Source: Amoebophrya sp. A120
Lineage: Eukaryota; Protista; Dinoflagellata
Length of the DNA stretch: 64,000 nucleotides
Direction: 5' to 3'
Assembly: GCA_905178155.1 (NCBI GenBank)
Contig: CAJINV010000010.1
Span: 3,882,599-3,946,598 of the forward strand
Shown: piece after piece, positions 51,262-62,600 of the stretch
How positions within the stretch are numbered: position 1 is the first letter of the stretch
How the letters are laid out: each line of letters opens with the position of its first letter
Translations under genes and position numbers: made by a program
The notes under the pieces: generated by a model
Seen by the model: the letters and a program-made list of their open reading frames with translations, nothing else
Databases searched by the model: none
What the model was told of the DNA's origin: nothing

Positions 51262-54200
51262 ATGCCAGCGGCAGACGACAACTTTTTGCACTTTGCGAAA
51301 TTGGCCGGCGGCGGCGAGGTACAACTAGTGCAGGTAGAGGAGACGCTGCTGCCGCCGGAAGAGGACGCTGCACTGCCTCTCAAGGATGTATCGTATCCGA
51401 AATTCAAGTATCCTGTGCAAAAGTATCGTACTCGTACTAATTGCAAATGTGCACGACAAATATTTTTCCCAAGGTAAAACAGCATTACAAATTCCACTTT
51501 TCTTCTTGCCAAAATTTGTGATGCAATTTATACTTTGTGCGATACTTTTGCAATGCATATCAAGGAGCTGCTGCAGGAGATCTGCACCACCCCGGACGAC
51601 CACATCACGCTCCCGAAAGCGACGCTGGAGATCGAACTTCCGCGCGTTCCGGCAGAGTTTGTGTTGTGCGTGCCGAAAGGGCCCACATTGCAGCGATGCG
51701 CACCATACATGGTCGAAAACGCCACCTACATGGCTTTAACCTGCGCCAGAGGATACGACGAGCGCAACAACTACAAGCCGGGGAAAATAAACGGGGAGAA
51801 TGTGAAAGGTAGCTTGAAACATTTGTTCTAGAAGTCCTGTGTGCGTGCATGCCGTCGTCTTCTCTGGCGGGTGATGTTTTCAGTTGAGTGCTTTTCATAA
51901 AGAGAACGAGCACAAAGCCCAACAGTGTTTTTACTTGTCGTGGCAATCACAAAATTGATAAATGAAAACTACAGCCTCTTCTCCGCAGTCCTACCTTTTG
52001 CTAGACGAGGATACGCTGGACAGAACGAAGCAGCTTGCATTGCTGTTCCTGCATTGCTGCAACAGTGGGCGAGCCGACCGCCACCTCCTGTTCGTCCACA
52101 AAGCGAATTCCATCGAGAAGGCGAAAAAGGATCTGAATTTTCTAAGTGGGCATGATGATCCGAAGCCCGATGAAGATGAATTCAAAAACGGGGGCGAAGA
52201 CGTTATTATGGCTGACGCTGAGGAGGAACAACAACAAGACGACGGGGAGAACATCAAGAACAATTCGGACGACCTGCTCGGCAGGTCCACGTCGCGCCTG
52301 AATGTCGCAACCTTCGAGCAGGCGATTTTGTTGGAGGAAAAGCGGAGAGAACGGCGGAGGAGGGAAAGCAAATCGAAGAAGAGGACCGACTCCAAAAAGA
52401 GCACGAAAAGCACGGCCGCCACTGGTGGCGTCGAGACAGAAAACGAGACTCAGGACGTAGGAGATACAACGCAACTGGTATTTATTCAAGTTTCAGTATC
52501 TTCTTCAAGCTGTTTTATCCCATGAAACTGATGTATGGTTTTGTGTCTTTCGTAGATAGAGCAAGAGGTAGTGGTACTTTATTATGTAGTGATATTAACA
52601 GTCGACGCTTCATCGGCTCCCAGCACCAAAGCGCAGGGAACTATTTTGATACGCGTAGATTGATAGCTTTACCTTTCCTTGACATGATGGCTTTGTGAAT
52701 AGAATTTTGAAAATCGCTCTAATCATCAGGATCCTGTCGCAGCGGAAGATGAGCACGAAAAACCGGACCAGAAAAGTTCCGATGCACTAGTGCAAGTAGA
52801 ACAGGACAAGAACCAGAAAGAGGAGGAACAGCAGTTTTTCGACCTGCAGGACCAAGTCGAAAAAGCTAATGTGCTCATCGTTGAGTACGGTCAACTTGGC
52901 GCGAATTCCGCCGAATCCAGTGTCTTGCTGCTCCGGAAGTGGTTGAATATCAATTGTAAAAATGTCTGGGTCTGGAAGAATTCATGGCTGTCATGCTTGT
53001 CTGGCATGACTCTTAAATCTGTCATGCACGTTACCCAAGAGCTCCGTTTTTCTGTGATGCAGAAGCGCAGTTTGTCATGCAGAATAGGCAACACCTAGGA
53101 GCTCAGAAACTTGTCACGCTGAGCCAGCATTTGTAGCCTCATCATGAGACGCCGCCCAGCGTCACAAGTTTCCAGACCCAGACATTTTTACTTTTGATAT
53201 TGAAGGGTGGTAATACTAGGAGTTCCGGCACGGGCATCGTTTGTTTCGACGACGCGCACTGCATTCGGAACTGCAACTTCCTAAGAATTGCAAACACGTC
53301 TGGGTCTGGAACCTTGCAACTTTAGCTTGTAATGCTAGAAGAAGGTGGTCTAGCTGGCCACAGAAGAATTTGTGCTGCATGAAGTAGAACAGCATATAGC
53401 ATCTGTGAAAATTTTTGTAACGTTAATGTATGAGAATGATTATCTCGTGCGGGACGGGCATGGCGAAGCATGATTTTCAAAACCTGTAGTAATGCTTTGT
53501 CTTCCATCCCATAAAGCGCAAGCGGCATGAAGCAAATGGACTTCTGCATTTTTCCGAACCCCGACATTATGTTTGCACTGGATACTTCGTCAACGGCGAC
53601 CACATGTTCGACGATCTGGAAGAGGATCAAAACAGCACCCAGAATGCAGAACAAGACGATAATGGAGGCGTAGGTGAAAACGAAAATGAAAATCCGGACC
53701 AACCCGGCCTTCTCGGGCAACAAGGACAGCAGGAGCAGGAGGTGGAAGACGCGCAGGAGAGGAATGAAGCCATTCTGCGGAGTCGCCCGTATCCTGAGTA
53801 AAAACGTACCCACACCAGAGTCAGGATGGGGATTTTGCAACACAAACCTAGGAGTTTTGTGAGTCACGCATGACAAGTTGCGCTCTGTAGTGTAGTGCAG
53901 GTTAGCAAGTGCAGCCGCATCACAGATTCATCTGCTCATCCTGTTCACAGCATCACAAATTCCAAAACACGATTGGAAATGGCTCTCATGCGGATGCGCA
54001 TTACAAGTCTTCCTGTCTTTGCAAATCTGCATTACAACTCTGGTGTGGGTACGTTTTTACTCAGGATATTTTTTTCTACTTGTTGTCTGCGTTCTAGTGA
54101 TGTACTTTTCTGAATGTGTATCCACGGAAAAAACTGTGTTAGTGTAACTTTCCTTGGCTGACAGCATCACAAATTTGCTCTACACAACAGAGACAACCTG

Positions 54201-54848
54201 TCATGCGTGGCTTGCAAGGGAAAACACTCGTGAAAAGAGGACTTCGTGGTTGTGCGGCATGACAGGTGTACCTCTGTTGCATGTTCTGCATTACAGAGTT
54301 ACACTTACACAGTTTTTTTCTTGCATAGTGTGTGGATATGATGACGGCGTCCCAGTCTTGGGATATCAACAAAAGCTTTTTTGCTGGCCTTGCGGTTTTG
54401 TCAAAAGGTGGAGCCCTGGGGTTGCCGGGACGGAGTGTTCGTGGCCAAGAACGCGTTTCAAGCGCTCGCCGACCGCGAGGAGTTTCTGGCGAAGAATTTC
54501 AAAACCGTGAGAAAAAACGTCAACGCAGAGGGCGATGATCAGGAAGAGGGCGAGGATGCTGACAACGAGGAAGATGCTGATGGCGCCAACAACAACAACA
54601 TGGAGCGCGTGAAAGTGAGTCGACTCCCCGGGTTCCGTCTGCGGGATAAGCTTGTAAAAAAAAGAATAGAAGATCCGAAGGGGTACTATGAGTTGGTTAA
54701 GCAATTCACCAACCAGTCCGTCCAAAAGGAGAAGGAAAGAATGCGAAAGGAGGAACAAGCCCCGGCGGGGGCCGAAGAAGAAGTACTAGATGGTAACGAG
54801 AATCGAATAGCTTCGCCCGCTGGGTGTGAAATCGCAAACTTGCGCTAG
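51262..54848 (+). CDS. hypothetical acidic multi-exon protein (3' structure uncertain)
   Basis: Coding-like exons joined across introners 51409-51559 (TCAAG), 52948-53199 (TTGAA) and 53282-53584; further introners at 53790-54068 and 54119-54327 plus GT-AG introns; frame not resolved near 54070-54350. Confidence 0.55.
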
Positions 54849-56636
54849 AAGGTTCAGTTTTGTGGAAAATTCTTCTCCGCCCGCGGTTCGCTCTAGCCCG
54901 ACGGTGCACGCTGCCGGTACTTCGTTTTCCCCTCGTGGCGACGTCGAGGTGCTGAGTCGTGCTCGACGAAGGACTACTTCGTGTAGCGTACGACACCTGC
55001 TTGAAGACTGACTGACGGACATCATGCCAACCTGTGCGTCTCTCCTCACCGCTTGCTTGCAGACTGGTGGAAGCTACTGCTACGGCAGCTGACGAAACGA
55101 TCACGATCGAAAGAGAATGCGTTCGACGTCTGTCTTCGATGTGGCACACAACAGGTATGAAGAAATTTATAAGACAATAAGCATTTTTGCACTACAGTGT
55201 AGTACGTTCGGCGTAGGTTGCAGCGAATTTTGAATTGACCACGTAGCACCACGTCGTCGCGAAGGAAAAATCGATATTCTAATACTAAAAAACAGAAATC
55301 ATCACGGGATCGGTGCGTTGTGCGAACAGGGAAACGGGGTCGATCAAGAGACGGGAATCAGCCGGCAAACGTGGTGAACAAAAAAAACGTCTTTTGGGTC
55401 TTGCAGTGTCCACGGATGGTTGTAATGATATACTCATTATGTTTCTGAAGCGGAAAAGATGAAGTTTCTGGTTCGACATGTCGCCGAACTGGACTACAGC
55501 TGTCCAGTATGTGAATAAAAAATTTTGTAGTAATGTCCACACGGTGCAAAAAATGTACGACGAAAATTTGCAATTAGAACGGATGATATGAGACGCGCAC
55601 GACTTACACGGAAAGATTTGTTCGCCGCGTATGTGACGTCCTCGAGGAATCAAGGACGCGAACAGCACGAATTACAGGATACTGATGATCTCGAGCAGGT
55701 CGAGATGGGTGAAGTGCTGATCAATCGCTGATGTTGTAAATGTATAGATCCGGAAATTGTTGCTCACGCATCAAAATTGGAGCCACTCACCAATATATGA
55801 AAAAATGTAGGATCTACAGTGATCGCATATGATCGTCGTGCACGACAAACGTCAGGTCGTGGGGAGACTGTCGTACGACAGAAGAAATTTTGATCGTGAT
55901 GGGGTTGTCGTACAATAGACGGAATTAAGATCGGGGTGGGATTGTCGTGCAACGTCATAGTATCCGAATGCAGTTAGTGATCGTCATAGAAATTATGTTC
56001 AAATAGTGAGTTCATGATGCAAAAATGAAAAAATGAATCTGGATTTTTCTACGCCACAGTTTTTCACTCGGGTCGATTGTACTGAAAGTTTTTTCACCTG
56101 CGGTCCACCCAGTGACGTCTTCGAGTCCATCGTAGTTTAAAAAATTATGACTTTTTTTATAGGGAGTTCTGGAACTTTATCAACGTTTATCAATCGATCG
56201 CGGCTACGTAAAATATTTGCGGAATAGATAGTCACAACTCTGTACAATCGGACAATCGTAAACAAATGCAAGCATACTTTTAGGCTTTCAATTTTTTTAG
56301 CACGGGGATTTTTCAGGTGACTCTATTTGATTAGACCGCAAGTGTAATATTTACAGTTTATTCTATACGCGGAGAGCGACTGAGTAACCCGGGCGGCACG
56401 GAATGGTGCGGCGATGCAAATTATCGTTGAGAAAAATAGGTCGTCGTGGAGTATACCACTTGATGCATGCATGAATGGCGACAAAGAAAAGTTGCATGTA
56501 GTTGGTGGGATCTGTACATGGGCCGGATTTTGGTGTGAAGTGAATGGACGGAGAATATCGCCAGTCGCCGAGCGTGGTCACGTACCAAGATCAAAATGAT
56601 ATTGCTCCACGATGACGACTTTTGCACTTAATAAAA

Positions 56637-59600
56637 ATGCGCGGTCGAACTCGACCCCCCAATTTCTTGTACACGGGACGCCACGGCTATGGAAGCGTCA
56701 GGTTTGAAATCGTCAGAGTTGAAATAGTTTGTCATGCACAAAGTGCAGCCCTCAAGGTGCCTGCCTTGCAGAGTATGCAAGTGAGGTATATTGTAAGCCG
56801 GTTGTGGGGTAGAAACTGAGCTGCTGAAATAGCATGACAGAACGCGTCTTTCTTACCCAAACAGCATGACAGACTGGATTGCGGCTCTGCCCAAATTGGT
56901 CATGCGCCACTTGGAAACTGGGTCACAACTTTCATCCATTTTATGCATGACAAAGTACTTCAATTTTGTCGATTTCAACTCTGAGACATCCATAACGGCT
57001 CGGCCGAAGACTCGCGAATGCAATCGTATAATTTTGCGGCGCAAGGATGCGGACGGGAAATTAGAGCCGCCTTCGATTATGATGATGAAGTTGTTACGCT
57101 CTTCAGGATGTTTAATGATCGCCGCCCCGCCGGCAGAGGAAACATGTTGAGGGGCTCAATCCGAGGAACACTCTCCAACAACCATGAAAATAGGTTGTGT
57201 CCGGAGTGTAGGTTGAACTTGTTTTACCTGAAGAGCTCAATCACGTCTGGACATGAGTTTGAAGCTGTCCGCCATGGACAGTCGTAACGTATTTCTTCTT
57301 GCGGTAGCACTACTGACTGTACAGGCACGGAGGGCGTAACAATACGACACTGCATACACGAATTCTGCCGACTCCACCGCGGACTTCCGATCGAATGTTT
57401 TGAATGCGCAAAACACTTACCCAATTCAAGTTTTCGGGAAGCCGTGCAGAAGGAGGTTGGATTTCGGCTGTTATCATCCTCTATGGTGTTGCTTTCGTCA
57501 CGCGGATAGAAATTTGTAATGCATAAATCAGAAACATCGACCACATGCTGTACTACAGTTTGTATTTTTCGGGCAACCTTTGACATATTCTCGGCTGATG
57601 TCTTCCGTGCACAGTCTCGCAGTTCGATGTAGCTCATGGAATGCTTCAACTTGTCGCGGGTAGGCTTTGATCAGTGCGAGCCATCGCTTCGCACAGAGAA
57701 AAAGTCCCTCTATTGAGCAGACCGCTGGAACGAAACTCACTGCATAAACACGATGCGACGCATGCCTGTTTGCATCGCGAAAAGATGTGAAACTCCCGGG
57801 AAACACGTTGGAGGGGAAGTACAAAATGCGTATCGCTACGGAAGGAGAAGTGGAAGAGGAGGTGGAGTACTGCCAAGAAGTGCCGACTCCGACTGGCACG
57901 CGGCCGCTTTTTACCCCATGTCCTGAAGGTTGCGGATTCGGTCTGCTGGAGGGTGAGACCTCCGGCATGTGTTGCAGTGGACGGGGGATATTTATCGAGG
58001 GAAAAAATCTTCCTTCTCCTTATCGAAACGAAGTTTCTGGGGTACGATTTTCGCACACGAATCGGATTCGTCCGGCTGAAGAGGATGACAGGTGTATACG
58101 ACGCCTGACTTGAGGAGTTTTAGGCTGGACTTTTTTGGATATGCACATCAATGTCATGAGTCGCGACTTTGGCGATATACAGAGGTGGGATTTTTTCCTA
58201 ACGATAATTTCGGTAAAGCGGTGGCACCGATGGTACACGGAGAGTGGATCACTTCATCGTGCCCGACAGGCGCGATGGTATGAGCTTTAGCAAATGTAAA
58301 AATGTTTCCGTTTAGAAAACCGCCGCAACAGATTTTATGCTCGGAGGTCATCTTCACACCGCAATACGTTGCGTGAACGGGAAAAAGGGTAAGTACTAAT
58401 GATGTACCGAAGAGGGGCGGTAGACATGCAGGATCGGCATCTTGTAGGTCTTACAGAATGTCGTAGGGCAGGACACTCATAACATACAGCATGAGACATG
58501 GAAAATTGGCATTGCAAGTTTCCGAATCTTTCTGAAGCGGACACTTTTACAGTCCAGAAGCTTCTTCGACGCGCAGAGGACCACGAAGTAACGTACAAAT
58601 TTCCGATCATGCGGAAACTGAATCGAGACAGTCGACTGACAGTACGGCTGGGAAACATGAAGAAGGTGCACTGGGACGAATCAAATGTAACCCTCAAAGG
58701 ACGATATGCGGATGTAATCCGCTACTGGGACGAATTAACGATAGAAAATGTTGTCACCTCGACACGAAGAACGACTTTGCCTGCAGCGGACATAGGACAC
58801 GGAGGACTATGCAGAGTAAAAAAGTATGCAGTTAGGAGTTGTGGCGACCCATAAGTCACCTCCGAGGTGCTGCGGTGCATTTTCTGGTGATGGGCATTTT
58901 ATATGATTTGCATCGACAATGGTAAAAAAAGCGTGTATGTGATCCGTGTTTGATTGGGGTGACTATTTCGGTTTATAGGCGCGTCACCCTTTATACTGCC
59001 ACTGGATCCAGACAGAGGCGGAGGAGGATGTCGTAATGCAGGACAATCAAGAAAGGGAGAGTCGAGCTGCTGCACAACGTCGCGACTACGCGGCAATCAA
59101 AAAAAGCTTCATCGAATTTTTGGTGGAAGCGTCGCCCGTGTATAAGGCTATTTACGACGCACTCACTAACTCCGGGTTCGCGCCGGGCGAAGTACAGTGC
59201 GTAACCGTGAAGACCGAGAGAAACACACCGAGTGTGACTGCAGTCCTAGTAAACCGAGGCGATCTCGTGGACTCCGGAATTTATATTCGGAGTCGTCCGC
59301 CCCGCGCAGCAGCTGAGGAAGCCAGCGATGACAGCGATTCCGAGTCAGAAGAGGTGTCACCTCCGGAACCACAGGCGGAAGACGATTACTTACCGATGGA
59401 CGTCGAAGGCGAACAGGAATACTCGAGTTCTTTTTTCGACGCGTTTCGGAGTGAGGATTCGGACACCCTGGAAGATCCGAGTGACTTCGACGCGGAGGAC
59501 GAATCGTCAACAGAAGAACTGTCTGATGCAGGTGAAGAGGGACACGATCTTCCCCCCCAAATGGACTGGAAACATCAGCACAACGCGCTCCAATATTCTT

Positions 59601-62600
59601 CTGTGGTATGTCAGTGTAATTGTTAAACTTGTTGCTGGAAGGTAGAAAAGGAAAGAAAAAACATTTTGCGTAGTACTGAATGGAGGCGGAAGATGAGCGT
59701 AGGTTTGCGTGATCGAGGTTTTTTCGATTTGCACCGCATGAGTATCTCCTTCTAGTTTCAGCATCGAATTTTTCGCATAAATGCATTACTTGTTGATTTG
59801 CCTGCCATACCCGTATGATGCAATCAGCTATCCACTACTTTTCCCCTTCGGCGTATGGGAGTGTCCAGAACGAAATCGTCAAAATCGAAAGTAAAATTTG
59901 GCTGTTTTTGGCGGAGGCAGTCCGGGGCACGCTTATCGTGGCCTCTTTGCGATTCGGACACACGTCAGCATACCGTCGCGGCTTTGTCAAAAAGGTCTCA
60001 GTGTGTCAGAATCGAAATGCAGATCTCGGCACCTTGCCATGGGGCCCTTGGATTTTCTTTTGATGGAGCGAATTTCGATCTTGACATCTGCATACGGAGG
60101 TGGATATGCCTTGCATGGTCGATAAGGAAGTGGTTACATCGGGATAGACCAAGACGGGGACTCGACCACTACGATAAGCCCTCTAGTTTGCTTGGAGTCC
60201 GGAATTGGGGGCGCTAGGATTGACAAATTTTGAGAACATCAGAATTCGCGTCCACATCCTCCCACTCGGGTGCGCTATTGTTAGTACAACAAATTTGGTG
60301 CTTCACCTTTACCGGTCGACATTCAGTTTTACTTGTATAGTCCATAAAATCGGCGTGTCGGGTCTTACGTTATCGACTTGGTCGATTTCGAATTTGGAAC
60401 TTCCATAATCGACGAATCGATGAGTCGCCGCAGGTATCAAATGTAAAAATATCTGGCTCTGGAAAAATGCAGCGCGTCACGCTAAAGTTGGAGGAGACGA
60501 AAACGTGTGTTGCGTGATTACCAAAAGTCGTACTGTTTTGACTAAGGTGGGAGTGAGTTTCTCTTGTATGATGGGCGTCGGAATGATCGTGCCGAATCTG
60601 CCAAGCTCGGTCTTGCCCTCGAGACCGTAGGGGTCATGGAAAAGCTGCATGACAAATCGAGCATTCTTCTCGTCTAAGACACTTTTACATTCGATCGCGG
60701 GAGGAAATCGATGACGCCGCCGCTGCTGGTAGTGCTCGGGTGAAAAGTGCACAAATTACACGATCTAGCTTCGTTGTGCAGTCGGCGGAACTTCCGCACT
60801 GGCGAGAGGTCGAAGCTCTATGCGAAGAGTATTACATTGCGCAGTATCTGGCAATATCAAACGTAAAACTGTCAGGGTCTGGAAAGTTGGAACTTGTAAT
60901 GCTGGTCTTGCATTCCTGTGGAAACTGTATTGCATGACCAAGAACAGTTGTAGCCTCTTCTGTCATACAAAAACGCAGTTTGTCATGCGGAGTTCGTATG
61001 AGAAAGCGTGCTGCAACCTTGTAATGCTTTCCTGCATAAGCAAGAGGCTTCCTCTTGCACATTTTAGCATCACAAATTCCCAGACCCAGACATTTTTTGC
61101 AATGCACAGGCAAGGGAAAACGACGGCGCGGCGTTCATGAGTCGGAACGGGATTTCGGATCCGGACAAACCTCGAATGTTGCCGAGAGACCACCTGGGGT
61201 CCGCAGCTTACGTCCGAGAAATGCGGTCGCTATGGATTGCAAAAAGGTCTGGGTCCGGAAAAATGAAACTGGTGCCGCTTTTGGTGAAGTCTAAAAAATC
61301 TGTATTGCATGAGTCGGAGGATGTTTCCAGTTTTTGCCGTTCGGAGGAGGTATCTGTCATTCGTGATAGACATCAAGATATCCGCAAAAAATATGCCAAG
61401 CGAAGTCATGGATTACAGGAATGTTAGACTCTACGAAATATGCATGACAAACCTGGAAATCTACAGACGCAGACCTTTTTACACTCGGTAGTCCCGGGCT
61501 CGGAACTATCTCCGCAACTAAAGTGTCCGTGTCATGGCCAGCACACAGGAACCGACGCGCTTGCATCTTTTTTGGCTGTGCCTTGTTCGGACGCAAAGCA
61601 TTCGAATGCGACGCTTCAGACTGCGCCGCGAGAATATGATCATGATACGGGGACACTTTTGGGAAGGAGATAATTTTACAGCGTTCGAAGGGGCCGGCGA
61701 CGGACTTCTATCGTCAAGAAAAATCCCTCCCCTGATATCAGAACGGAATACCTTGCGCATGATATATCGTACACGAATCAGCTTCGTTCGGCCGAGCGAC
61801 CGCGGGGCGAGATCCCTCGGGCCCTTGTTTAGACTGAACTGCATGCGAAACTAAAATCACGACGGGGGGGCTTTTTCTACTCTAATCGGCCTGGAAGACG
61901 AATGCGATCTGCTGTCTCCAATCAAAAATGCAAAATTTGGAAAACATACCTCTTCGATATGGGTAGGAGGGGATTTTTCCATATGATAGACTCATCACGA
62001 TGACTACCAATCTGCGGTTTATCATTTAAAAAAACTTTCCTGCTCCGTCTATTTGGTGGCGTCCTTGTCACAAATTCTGTGCCATGCATGACACTACAAA
62101 GTAGACGCGGAAGAGTCATTTTCCGAGAATATCGGGGCGGGAGATCCGGCAGATGGGAGGGCGCGGGTATTCGTCGGATTCAACGAATACTCGCGCCTTT
62201 CGTTGGCGATAGGGGGGGAGAAAGCAACGGCTGAAATCGTCGACCTTGGAAACTTCTGCATTGCAAAAGAAAAAAACAGCATATAGCAGCCGGACGAAAT
62301 ATATCCTACTTCGTGGCATTGGCATTGGAATAAAACTAATGAAGGTTCAACTTGGACTCGTTTTGTCGGTTTCGGAGGCTCGGTCTAACCGGGACACAAT
62401 TTTTGTATGATTTAATTTTTCGACCGGCACGATTTCGACGTTGACATGACCATAGAACGCTGCGGCAATTCCTAGCCGACCTAAAAAAAGGAGTTTACGG
62501 AATATGAAGGTCTCAGGTGTTTCGCTTCTCGACGGTCTGGTGCAGGTGTCACGTAAAAGTCTTACGTTTATCCCAACTCAGTTTACACATCTATCTTGCA

